From: Opitutia bacterium UBA1116
GTDB taxonomy: Bacteria > Verrucomicrobiota > Verrucomicrobiia > Opitutales > UBA1977
Length of the DNA stretch: 41,523 nucleotides
Direction: 5' to 3'
NCBI GenBank assembly: GCA_002313355.1
Contig: DCBD01000028.1
Coordinates: 1-41,523, forward strand
Shown here piece by piece: positions 28,818-37,918 of the stretch; the stretch's first letter is position 1, and the number at the start of each line of letters is the position of its first letter. Position numbers and translations under genes: made by a program. The notes beneath the pieces were generated by a model. It ran no database searches, was not told the origin of the DNA, and saw only the letters and a program-made list of their open reading frames with translations.

Positions 28818-29549
28818 ATGATCATGGCCATGTCTAGTATCCACCCTCTTCGTTCTAAACATCGCCGTGCATTCAGCCTGGTTGAGCTTTTAACTGTCAT
28901 TGCCATTATCGCCCTGTTAACGGCTATTATCTACCCTACGGTTACAAAATCGATGGCAAGTGCTCGCCGTGATAAGGCAAGCAGCAATCTTCGCCAGATC
29001 TGCCTTGCCTACCTCAGCTATATGCAAGAAGGCGGCAAGCTGAAGACGCTGCGCACAAACAACTACGGCGAATGGGCCGCCCAGCTAGCCCGCTATACCG
29101 GCCTCAACGATGCGGCTGTCTACTTCGTTGATGATGACCCTGCACAGGAAGGCTTCATCCTCCCGCAAACGGTTCTAACCAACCCTAACGATGCAAGCAG
29201 CGTCCAAACATCAGGCTTCGCAAGTGCTCCTATTGCTTATGCCTTTGCTTCAGGAACTTACACTCAATCACCCCCCTCAACGACCCCCATCGTGTGGACG
29301 CGAGGGCTCCAGCCAGACGGTACGTGGAGCGCCAACTCCCCCTATAAGGGCCAAGGCGGGTTTATCGGCTTTCTCGATGGTCATGTCGAATGGTTTAACT
29401 CCTTGGACAACCCTGAAAACCCTTCAGAAGGCGTCCTCACAGCCTACGGGACGAACCAACGCACGAAAAGCATTCTAGAGGCCATTGGCGCTCAATCAGG
29501 CAAGCCCAACCCACCGAACATCCTCGAGTACACCCCACCAAGCGCTTAA
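28818..29549 (+). CDS. Prepilin-type N-terminal cleavage/methylation protein with PVC-type C-terminal DG motif
   Basis: RRA|FSLVELLTVIAIIALL, SNLRQI..A, YKGQGGFIGFLDGHVEW. Confidence 0.88.
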   Translation: MIMAMSSIHPLRSKHRRAFSLVELLTVIAIIALLTAIIYPTVTKSMASARRDKASSNLRQICLAYLSYMQEGGKLKTLRTNNYGEWAAQLARYTGLNDAAVYFVDDDPAQEGFILPQTVLTNPNDASSVQTSGFASAPIAYAFASGTYTQSPPSTTPIVWTRGLQPDGTWSANSPYKGQGGFIGFLDGHVEWFNSLDNPENPSEGVLTAYGTNQRTKSILEAIGAQSGKPNPPNILEYTPPSA

Positions 29550-29610
29550 AGACCCTCCCTTTACGCTTGCGAGCGAATCAGGGATCTCACAGCATTGCGC
29601 TAATTATTTT

Positions 29611-31272
29611 ATGGAAGAGCCTATTTACATCATCGGTCACAAAAATCCCGATCCTGACGCAGTCTGTTCAGCCATTGCCTATGCTGCATTCAAAGAAGCT
29701 CGAGGAGAGGCAGGCTATGTCCCGGCCCGTTGCGGAAACTCCAACGCCCGTATTGACGCTATCCTCAATCACTTTTCCGTCCCACTACCTATATTTTTGG
29801 GAGATGTCACCCCCTGTGTCAAAGACATCATGCACCCACCACACAGGATCACTGTTGATGCCACATGCGCATCTGCCCTTAAGTTGATCGATGAGCACGA
29901 TGTACGCGCCCTTCCCGTCGTCAATCAAGACAACACCCTCGAAGGCCTCCTAAGTGTGTATCATTTAGGTGAGTATTTTATCCCAAAGCCCAACGCACCC
30001 ACCCAACTCCAACACGTCAAAACAAATATTGACGCTATCGTCCGTTCGCTAAACGCAGACATCAAGCACGTTCTAGACCAAGATCGCATCGAAGATCTCT
30101 ACGTCCGCATCGCCGCAATGTCCTTAGAAACGTTTGGGCAATTCACTGAAAGCCAAAACATCCCTCACGAGCAAACGGTCATTGTTGTTGGCAACCGCAT
30201 AAATATCCAAAGAAAAGCCATCGAGCGTGGTGTGCGCCTGCTCGTCGTCACTGGTGGCCTCGGCATTGAAGAAGACATCATCGCACTTGCCAAAGAGAAA
30301 GGCGTCAGCCTCATCGAAAGCCCCTATGACACAACAGGCACCGCATGGACGATCCGCTCAGCTGCCTACGTCCATGACTTGATGGACAAAGACTTCCTCA
30401 CGTGTACTCCTGAAGAAAAGCTCATCCACGCTCATCGCAAGGTAACCAGCAACTATGCATCAACCATCCCCGTTATTGATGAGCACAAGCAACTCGTTGG
30501 CGTTTTCACCCACGGCGATCTTTTAAATCCTAAAAAGAAAAAGATCATCCTGGTTGACCACAACGAGATGACTCAAGCGATCAACGGAGCTGCCAGTGTA
30601 GACATCCTAGAAATTGTCGACCATCACCGTCTTGGCAACCCCCCCACACTCCAGCCTATTTTTTTCCGTAATGAGCCTGTTGGCTCTACCTGCACCATCG
30701 TTGCAGACATGTTCAAACGCGAAGGTATCCGCCCCAGGCCTGAGATTGCCGGCATGATGATGGGTGGCCTCATTGCAGACACGCTCTGTCTCCGTGGCCC
30801 AACAACAACGGATAAAGACCGCGAGCTACTCCCCTGGCTCTCAGAAATTGCTGGCACATCCAGCGAACAACTCGCAGACATCATATTCTCATCGGGCTCC
30901 ATCATCTTAAGCTCTCCTGCCGAAAAGGTCATCCGTACAGACTGCAAGGTCTACACCGAGGGAGACATTCGCTTCGGCGTCTCTCAAGTTGAAGAGCTCG
31001 GGTTTGACAATTTCTGGAAACACGCCGATGCTCTCAAGCAAGCCCTCAAGCAATACCAAGAAGAAGAATCGCTTCGTTTTGCAGCCTTGCTCGTTACAGA
31101 CATCAATCGCCAAAACTCCCTCCTTGTCATCATGGGCGATGCAGAGATCATCTCTCAAATCTCTTACGCAGAAGTCGAACGAGACACGATCTTTGAGCTC
31201 CCCGGCATCGTTAGCCGAAAGAAACAAGTCATCCCTTACTTTACAACATTAATTAAGCCACTGACTGCTTAG
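29611..31272 (+). CDS. ppaC: Family II Mn-dependent inorganic pyrophosphatase with CBS-DRTGG-CBS insert (start MEEP at 29611; track start 29485)
   Basis: GHKNPDPD, VTGG, LVDHNE, VDHH, VGSTCT, DCK, SRKKQ. Confidence 0.95.
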   Translation: MEEPIYIIGHKNPDPDAVCSAIAYAAFKEARGEAGYVPARCGNSNARIDAILNHFSVPLPIFLGDVTPCVKDIMHPPHRITVDATCASALKLIDEHDVRALPVVNQDNTLEGLLSVYHLGEYFIPKPNAPTQLQHVKTNIDAIVRSLNADIKHVLDQDRIEDLYVRIAAMSLETFGQFTESQNIPHEQTVIVVGNRINIQRKAIERGVRLLVVTGGLGIEEDIIALAKEKGVSLIESPYDTTGTAWTIRSAAYVHDLMDKDFLTCTPEEKLIHAHRKVTSNYASTIPVIDEHKQLVGVFTHGDLLNPKKKKIILVDHNEMTQAINGAASVDILEIVDHHRLGNPPTLQPIFFRNEPVGSTCTIVADMFKREGIRPRPEIAGMMMGGLIADTLCLRGPTTTDKDRELLPWLSEIAGTSSEQLADIIFSSGSIILSSPAEKVIRTDCKVYTEGDIRFGVSQVEELGFDNFWKHADALKQALKQYQEEESLRFAALLVTDINRQNSLLVIMGDAEIISQISYAEVERDTIFELPGIVSRKKQVIPYFTTLIKPLTA

Positions 31273-32703
31273 TTAATACTTATTATAAGCATCTATAGGT
31301 GGATAACTGTTCGAAAGCAGCATATTACCTGCTGAAAATGCAGGCTGCCTAGCGCCTTGATTGTAGATCGCAATACCACTGCGTTTGAGGCCAAACCAAT
31401 TAGCAATCACGGTTGCACCAGTCACCCACTGCCCATCAATGATCGAATTTATGTTCCCCGTGCTATTATTTCCACCATTATTCAAGAAGTAATTGCCTAG
31501 AATAACAGTACCCTTGCAACCTGTTCCATCACCATCACTGTCTAGGCGAATAAAGCCATCGGGCTGACTTGCATCCGTACGGCAATTTTCAAAATAAGAA
31601 TCTGAAATAGTAACACTTGCTGATCCCTTAAGCCAAACGGGCACGCCTTTTACCATCTCGAATTCACAACCTGTAATCTTGATACCGTTACTCCGCTCAA
31701 GTAAAATCCCCGTGTCCATATAGCGAAACTTAGATGCCAAAATACGCATTGAGGTATTTTCTGTCACATTATCTAAATAAATACCCTCGGTCATATTAAA
31801 CTGGGAACCAATAGTCCCAAAGCCGCAATTAAATATAGTTCCTCCCTGGATAGTACCTGTAATGCCTCGCTTAAGATCACTGAAGAAGATGCAATCCTGA
31901 ATGATGGGGTTCCCGTTCCAACCACTCGTATGATCTTCATCAAAAACGATCCCGGCACCCTGTCCTGAACGTGATGACATGGCCAAATTAAACCAATTGA
32001 CATCACGATTCGACCCCAACTGTGTAGAAACAAAGCAATCGGTCTCTCCGACTATCAAAGCGCCGTGGTCATTCACAGAGCTGATAGTAGCAAGTCCCTC
32101 AAATCGTTGTTCAACAGCAAAAGGAATGGGAGTAGAGACATAATACTCACCTGCTGGAAACTGCACATAATTGTATTTTGAAACGGCCTTCAAGATTGCT
32201 GGATAGTCATCATTAGGATAGCCCTTACCTGTTGCCCCAAACCACTGGACATTCACAGCACCGCCGTCATAGACACGTCGCCAAAAATTATTGTCTCCAG
32301 TTGCTTGGATAATAACACCATCATCCACCTCAAGGTCAGGATTATCGAGGTCGAGCCAAAAAAACCCTTCAGCACCATCTTCCTGAGTCATATACCCCTC
32401 CAGATAGACCAAAGAGCCCTCTTGAACATTCGATACATCGAGTTGCTCAAGGTCTACCTTTGTCGGAACAAAAGCAACAGACTGCAACAGTTCCTGAAAC
32501 TCAAGAACGCGTCTTTTATTCTCTTGCGCTACCTGCTGAGATTCCAGAAAAGAATTATCCAAATCTTGGGCATCATCACTTGGTTGATAAGACTCAAGAG
32601 ATCCAACAAAACTTTCATTTTCATTTTCTTGTGCAAAACCTTGCCCCGAGCTCAAGAAGCCTACTGCGACAAGGACTGCGATCCATCGTATTGAACGCGT
32701 CAT
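31273..32703 (-). CDS. Secreted right-handed beta-helix (pectate-lyase-3/tailspike-like) protein
   Basis: Signal peptide ending GFA|QE; GY...DG.EG.F..DDG.II..WRR; VNVQWFGATG..DDYPAI; N/G/I-rich helix repeats. Confidence 0.8.
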   Translation of the reverse strand: MTRSIRWIAVLVAVGFLSSGQGFAQENENESFVGSLESYQPSDDAQDLDNSFLESQQVAQENKRRVLEFQELLQSVAFVPTKVDLEQLDVSNVQEGSLVYLEGYMTQEDGAEGFFWLDLDNPDLEVDDGVIIQATGDNNFWRRVYDGGAVNVQWFGATGKGYPNDDYPAILKAVSKYNYVQFPAGEYYVSTPIPFAVEQRFEGLATISSVNDHGALIVGETDCFVSTQLGSNRDVNWFNLAMSSRSGQGAGIVFDEDHTSGWNGNPIIQDCIFFSDLKRGITGTIQGGTIFNCGFGTIGSQFNMTEGIYLDNVTENTSMRILASKFRYMDTGILLERSNGIKITGCEFEMVKGVPVWLKGSASVTISDSYFENCRTDASQPDGFIRLDSDGDGTGCKGTVILGNYFLNNGGNNSTGNINSIIDGQWVTGATVIANWFGLKRSGIAIYNQGARQPAFSAGNMLLSNSYPPIDAYNKY

Positions 32704-32779
32704 CTTTTCTCCCCTCCCAATATATCTTTTCAGTTAAAGTGTTGTTATTTCCGTGCCTATAAATTTATTTACTTTTATT

Positions 32780-32808
32780 AAAATAACACGCAATAGCCCC
32801 TTTGTCAA
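32780..32808 (-). promoter_or_regulatory. sigma70-type promoter of the beta-helix gene
   Basis: TTGACA-N17-TATTTT with extended TG on the - strand. Confidence 0.45.
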
Positions 32809-32861
32809 AAAAGGGTATAATCCTGGGAAATAACACCCAAATATCAAAAACAGGTGCTTAT

Positions 32862-33236
32862 TTAAGCCCCTTCAGTGTCATCAAGCAAGGCTCGCCAGTC
32901 GAGGGGTTTTGCATCTCGCCAAAGTTGTTCCAAGCCATACTCTTCGCGCTTATCCAGGAGGAAGAGATGAACCATAAAGTCAAAACCATCGAGCACAAGC
33001 CAGCCACTCTCAAGAACATAGTCTACCCCAAGGAGATCCACTTTTCCCTTAAATTCACGCTGTATGCTGTTGTTTAGGGCTTTAAGGTGCGGCTCAGCCA
33101 TGGCTGTAGCGATGACAAAATAGTCAGTAATATTAGACTTTCCGCGCATATCGAGCACGGTGATATCCATCGCTTTTTTATCTTCTAAAATCTGACAACA
33201 GGCCTTAACGCAATCCAATGTATCCAAACTCATCAC
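32862..33236 (-). CDS. rsfS: Ribosomal silencing factor
   Basis: DKKAMDI..LD..DYFVIAT..WLVLD..VHLF..R..Y.LEQLW; follows nadD. Confidence 0.95.
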   Translation of the reverse strand: MMSLDTLDCVKACCQILEDKKAMDITVLDMRGKSNITDYFVIATAMAEPHLKALNNSIQREFKGKVDLLGVDYVLESGWLVLDGFDFMVHLFLLDKREEYGLEQLWRDAKPLDWRALLDDTEGA

Positions 33237-33830
33237 TTACTTCTTATAAAGATTATGAACTTGGATGTAGTTAGATACCCCTGGAGGCAAGCAAAAATCC
33301 ATAGATTCACCCGATTGTAGCCCTTGCCGGAGGGCTGTTGAGCTCATATCCAGGTAGTGCCCATGCAAGCGATGCAGCTTAAGCCCTGGGATCCCAGGAA
33401 TGATAACCTGTTCATATCCAGGACGATCGGAACATATAAACTCAACCATAGCAGCGAGCTCTTCAATCCGGTACCAGGCATCTAGCTGAGCGAGCTGATC
33501 CATCCCAAGAATCCAATAAAGCTTTGCCTTGGGCCAACGTTCTTGAAGATAACAGGCAGTATCATAAGTATACACGGCTCCCCCTTGCTCAAGCTCCCAA
33601 TCAAGGAGCTGAATTTTCGGAATATCCTCACCAACAGCAAGTTCAAGCATAGCCCAGCGATCCCTTACAGGCGCCCCAGGATTAGAGCCTTTAAGGGGAG
33701 TCTGCTCTGAGGGGATTAAATAGACAGAACTAAGCCCAAATTGCTTCAAAGCATCCCGAGCAAGCCAAATATGCCCCCAATGCACAGGATCAAACCTCCC
33801 CCCGAGAAATCCGAGCGCTTCTTCAGCCAT
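33237..33830 (-). CDS. nadD: Nicotinate-nucleotide adenylyltransferase
   Basis: GGRFDPVHWGH, YTYDT, ILGMD..W, MSSTALR, YI..HNLY. Confidence 0.95.
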   Translation of the reverse strand: MAEEALGFLGGRFDPVHWGHIWLARDALKQFGLSSVYLIPSEQTPLKGSNPGAPVRDRWAMLELAVGEDIPKIQLLDWELEQGGAVYTYDTACYLQERWPKAKLYWILGMDQLAQLDAWYRIEELAAMVEFICSDRPGYEQVIIPGIPGLKLHRLHGHYLDMSSTALRQGLQSGESMDFCLPPGVSNYIQVHNLYKK

Positions 33831-33883
33831 ATGACAGAAAGCTTGCCTTGAGAAGGGCTCTTGGGCAACGTTATAAAGCTCTT

Positions 33884-34543
33884 ATGTTTATGCAACGCCC
33901 TCGTAGCCAAGCCACACTCTCAGAAAACTTAAAGCAAGTCCTCTTAAAGGAAGACAAGACTTCAGTCAGCGTTGCAGACATTCTTCATGCCGTTGGAGAC
34001 AAAGGCTTCGGGCTCCTCTTCGTCGTCCTCTCTCTACCCAGTGCCCTACCCGTTCCAGCTCCCGGCTACAGCACTCCCTTTGGCATTATCATTGCCCTCC
34101 TTGGCATTCAGCTGATCGCCGGCAAGCGTGAGCCTGTCCTCCCCAAGCGCGCCTGCAAGCTCTCCCTCAAATATAGCTCCGCAGAAAAGATGCTCACCAA
34201 GGCCTCTTGGTTTTTCCAAAAAGTAGAACCCTTCATTCACCCTCGTTTTAATTGGCTCCGCTCTCGCGGCGGTGAAGCATTCATGGGCATTCTCCTCACC
34301 CTAATGGCAGGCCTCATGATCCTCCCCATCCCGCTGACAAACACAGCTCCAGCCATGGTCATTTTTCTCATTGGTTGCGGGCTTAGCGAAGACGATGGCC
34401 TCTTTGTCCTCGGCGCATGCGTCCTCGGCGCACTGGCTACCTGCCTATATACCGTTGTTCTCTATTACTTTGTCCTCTACGGCGTCGAAGGGGTCTTCTA
34501 CTTGAAGGACAAACTCATCGAGTTCTTAAAAACGCTCACCTAG
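33884..34543 (+). CDS. exoD: ExoD-family membrane protein (start 33884 or 33890)
   Basis: GDKGFGLL..LSLP.ALPVPAPG, LPIPLTNTAPA, EDDG. Confidence 0.88.
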   Translation: MFMQRPRSQATLSENLKQVLLKEDKTSVSVADILHAVGDKGFGLLFVVLSLPSALPVPAPGYSTPFGIIIALLGIQLIAGKREPVLPKRACKLSLKYSSAEKMLTKASWFFQKVEPFIHPRFNWLRSRGGEAFMGILLTLMAGLMILPIPLTNTAPAMVIFLIGCGLSEDDGLFVLGACVLGALATCLYTVVLYYFVLYGVEGVFYLKDKLIEFLKTLT

Positions 34544-35301
34544 AAAAAGTCCTTAAATGCCTTGAGGAATACAGCTGGCTGCTCCCTGTGCGCTTCATGG
34601 CCGGCAGAGGCGACTTCAAGGGATTGAACATTCTCTACTTTTTCAGCAAGCGCAGCCACACTATCGCGTGAGACAAGAAAGTCTTCTTCACCCCGAATGG
34701 CCAAGACAGGACACGTTATCGTATGCACCCGCTCATTGGGGTAGCCGGATTCTGCTACATCGCTCCACATCTGAATCAACTGACTGCAAAAGCCATCAAA
34801 ATCGGGCTTAGGATTCAGCTTTTGATAAACTTCAAAATCTCCAGGGAATTTTTTCTTCCAGGTATCTCCTGTAATTTTTGCATAAAGGGGAAATTTTGCT
34901 TTTGCATGCTCCGTACTCCACTCTGCGCCAATCGTCAGCAAGCGTTCGACTTTAAACGCTCCCGAAGAGGCCAAGCGATAGGCAACAATCCCCCCATCAC
35001 TAAAACCAACAACACTCAACGTATTAATGCCTAAATGAGTTAAAACGGCCTCAACATCTTTCTCCAAGCGCTCATAAGTCAGCGGCTCTGAGCCGAGGGT
35101 AGACTTCCCATGCCCGCGACTATCCATCCCGATAACGCGATAATCATCGACAACGGAAGGAAGAACTTCATTAAAGGTCTCCATCGTCCCAAACCCTCCA
35201 TGAAGGAAAAGAAGCACAGACCCTTCAGTATTCCCCTGCACCTCGTAATAAATATCCGCATCCCCGACAGCCAAGCACTTACCAGAACGATGATCCAACA
35301 T
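34540..35301 (-). CDS. Alpha/beta-fold hydrolase
   Basis: LHGG, DSRGHGKS, nucleophile GFSDG, GEED, AGH. Confidence 0.92.
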   Translation of the reverse strand: MLDHRSGKCLAVGDADIYYEVQGNTEGSVLLFLHGGFGTMETFNEVLPSVVDDYRVIGMDSRGHGKSTLGSEPLTYERLEKDVEAVLTHLGINTLSVVGFSDGGIVAYRLASSGAFKVERLLTIGAEWSTEHAKAKFPLYAKITGDTWKKKFPGDFEVYQKLNPKPDFDGFCSQLIQMWSDVAESGYPNERVHTITCPVLAIRGEEDFLVSRDSVAALAEKVENVQSLEVASAGHEAHREQPAVFLKAFKDFF

Positions 35302-35375
35302 ACGCCCTAGCGTACTTAAGGTCCTCTCAAAGGCAAGTGAAACAGCCTACATTGCACGCATGAAAATTTTCAAAT

Positions 35376-37748
35376 CTAAGAGGCTTTAATATAATCCTGC
35401 ACTTTTTGAATATACGCATTAAAGCTGCTGCTTTGATAAATCATATCTAACTTGTCTAGTTTATCAATAGCATCTCCAACACCACTAAAATCATCATATC
35501 GATCGATAAAATATCGATAAGTTTCTTCTTTAATAGACCCACCGGGCACTTCAATAACTGCATCAATATTTTCGGCTTGCCTAGCTTTGTTGAGCATTTC
35601 AAAGGCAAAAGCAAAATAAGCTATCATCGTATAGCGTGAAAACTGACTAGGATCATTTCGATCGTAATAGTGACGAACCCCAGCTAATTTCCAGCGAATA
35701 TCCAGGCTTCCCCAGAAAGATTTACCTTCTTTATCTACATCAACAAATAGCTCAATTAAGTCATTAAGACTTTCTATCGATATCAATAAACGATCCCTAA
35801 GAGTCTCAAAGATTATTTTCCTCCCATCAGACAATTTTACATCTTTCTGAGTTTTGACCGACTCTCTTTTTTTAATGTATTGAAGAAGTAACCAAGCTCC
35901 TAATCGAAAAATGTGGTTGTTTTTTTTATTCTTGTATTTATCGAGCTCTTCGTCAGATCCCGCTTTATAAGCATCCATGGACTCTAAACAAAAACGAAAA
36001 CTTTCAATATCATTATTTTTATAAGCTTCATGCAAAAAATAAGTTTTTGCCTGGAGCATTAATTCAATGTACCGATCAAGAAGCCCTTGGTTTTCTTGTT
36101 TAATCGCGAAACGCAAATCATTGAGCTGACTCAGCAACTGCTTAACTAACAAATCCTTCCTGCAGAAACTATCGCGCGCACCCTCGTCATAATAAACCTG
36201 ATAAGGCAACCCCACTAAACGCCAAAAATAAATCTCAAGAAAATCAGGACACCCAGCCTGATCCTTAGATTCAGATTTCGAGTCCATTAAATAGCTCATC
36301 AAAAATACATACGGCACACGACATAACTGATTTACAATACCAGAATCTCCACTCTCAAACCCAGCCCTCAAAACAGCAGACCAATTGTCTCTACGCAAAA
36401 GAGCACCAAGATCAGGAATCTTATTTTTTTTATCAAGCACTGCGCATAGATTGCAAATCCACTGATAAAAAAGCTCAAAAATTGATATATCCTTAGAGCC
36501 TATAGATACTATGAAACAATGTCTTAAATCAAGAATTTGTGGAATTTCTCTTATTAATGGTGAAGACTCTTTTGAATTGCTTTCTTTATCTTGATATAAG
36601 TTTAAGACTGAATAGTACACATCTAAGCAAAACTTAACATCAGACAGATTACCTCGTTTCATCGATGAAATTAGCCCCTCTTGAAACTCTAATGAAAACT
36701 GCTCACTTTTTCTTTTGAGGCTTCTTCCCTCTCTTAAAGTATAAACTGGATTTTCACCTTCTATTAAACTATCGAGAGATAAATTAGCTTCTTTTATAAA
36801 AGCTTTAGGAATGTATAAATTGGCATCACCCTCTCCAAAACTATCATCTAAGCCACCAACCCAAACTATTTTTTCAACCCATTCTCTTTCCTGTTTTTCT
36901 TTCTTGGAAAAATCAGGAAGCTTTTCTAAAAACGTATTAAGTGCATCAAGATTAACATCCTCAATAGTCATGTATAATCGACTTCTGTGATTATTCTCTA
37001 AGAATGTGCAGAAGTTTTCATTAGAAGACGCCTCTGAATTCTCCCAATAGCCCCAATCATATATTCGAATAACATCATCATACTCTTCAGCAAAACTGCG
37101 CATTTCAACACTTGCCAAAGCCCTAAGCTCATAATCTTTTTGTAGTTTTCTAAAACGATCAAAAATGACCCTTTCCAACATCTTTTTGAATTCACCTGGG
37201 TCCATAACTGTTCGTACTGTACGATAAATAGACCAAAATATAAAGAAACCCCAAGATACCAATACAGCTAACGTGACGTAATTTGTTAAAGGAGCATTCA
37301 AAGCGAAAGAAGAAAGAAGAAAATAGCATGCTGCAAGCAAGACCACTGTACTTGCTATAGGAAAGATATAACTTGCTCTCAATAATGCGATAACGCGCAT
37401 AGTACCGAGCAAACCTTGACGACTACCAATGATAAAAATAAGTAAGGCAAAAATTACCGTAGCATAAACAGATAGGAGACTAAATAGAGTTTCTTTATTG
37501 ATGTGAAAACAACTGCCAAAAGAATGAGGATATAAACACTCAAACAAAGCAACCATGGCCACTACCACGGCTATAACCACTACTATACAAAAACAACTAA
37601 ACAAAGAAGGCTCATAAATGGAGCTAACCCGGCTCACAAACTTAGCCCAAATCGAAGCCTCAAACCCTTCTCCTTTTTTTAGCTTTTTCTTAGCTGAATT
37701 TCGAAGTGATTTAGGCCAAGACCTATCCTGACTTTCATGCGCCATCAT
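35376..37748 (-). CDS. Large AT-rich orphan membrane protein (~4 N-terminal TM helices plus long soluble domain)
   Basis: 790-aa uninterrupted ORF, visibly more AT-rich than neighbours; TM block reminiscent of DUF2254-like proteins. Confidence 0.75.
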   Translation of the reverse strand: MMAHESQDRSWPKSLRNSAKKKLKKGEGFEASIWAKFVSRVSSIYEPSLFSCFCIVVVIAVVVAMVALFECLYPHSFGSCFHINKETLFSLLSVYATVIFALLIFIIGSRQGLLGTMRVIALLRASYIFPIASTVVLLAACYFLLSSFALNAPLTNYVTLAVLVSWGFFIFWSIYRTVRTVMDPGEFKKMLERVIFDRFRKLQKDYELRALASVEMRSFAEEYDDVIRIYDWGYWENSEASSNENFCTFLENNHRSRLYMTIEDVNLDALNTFLEKLPDFSKKEKQEREWVEKIVWVGGLDDSFGEGDANLYIPKAFIKEANLSLDSLIEGENPVYTLREGRSLKRKSEQFSLEFQEGLISSMKRGNLSDVKFCLDVYYSVLNLYQDKESNSKESSPLIREIPQILDLRHCFIVSIGSKDISIFELFYQWICNLCAVLDKKNKIPDLGALLRRDNWSAVLRAGFESGDSGIVNQLCRVPYVFLMSYLMDSKSESKDQAGCPDFLEIYFWRLVGLPYQVYYDEGARDSFCRKDLLVKQLLSQLNDLRFAIKQENQGLLDRYIELMLQAKTYFLHEAYKNNDIESFRFCLESMDAYKAGSDEELDKYKNKKNNHIFRLGAWLLLQYIKKRESVKTQKDVKLSDGRKIIFETLRDRLLISIESLNDLIELFVDVDKEGKSFWGSLDIRWKLAGVRHYYDRNDPSQFSRYTMIAYFAFAFEMLNKARQAENIDAVIEVPGGSIKEETYRYFIDRYDDFSGVGDAIDKLDKLDMIYQSSSFNAYIQKVQDYIKAS

Positions 37749-37812
37749 CTAAACATAAAGTTAGACCTTAGAGCTAATGATATCCCTTAATTCGTTTTCT
37801 ATCAACAGCGAA

Positions 37813-37865
37813 ATCCTTAACATAAAAAAGGGAGGCTAATAACCTCCCTTTTTTATGTTAAGGAT
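37813..37865. terminator. Perfect 23-bp inverted repeat / bidirectional terminator
   Basis: ATCCTTAACATAAAAAAGGGAGG-CTAATAA-CCTCCCTTTTTTATGTTAAGGAT. Confidence 0.9.
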
Positions 37866-37918
37866 AATTCAACCTTATCTGCTAGGTCTTATAAATCTAA
37901 GTCAATCTTACATTTCCA

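Noticed and set aside
32064-32077. Weaker motif look-alikes (CGTGGTCATTCACA here; others near 6052, 8538, 16991 and 30549)
   Set aside because: Two to four mismatches to the consensus, within chance expectation or explained by conserved codons
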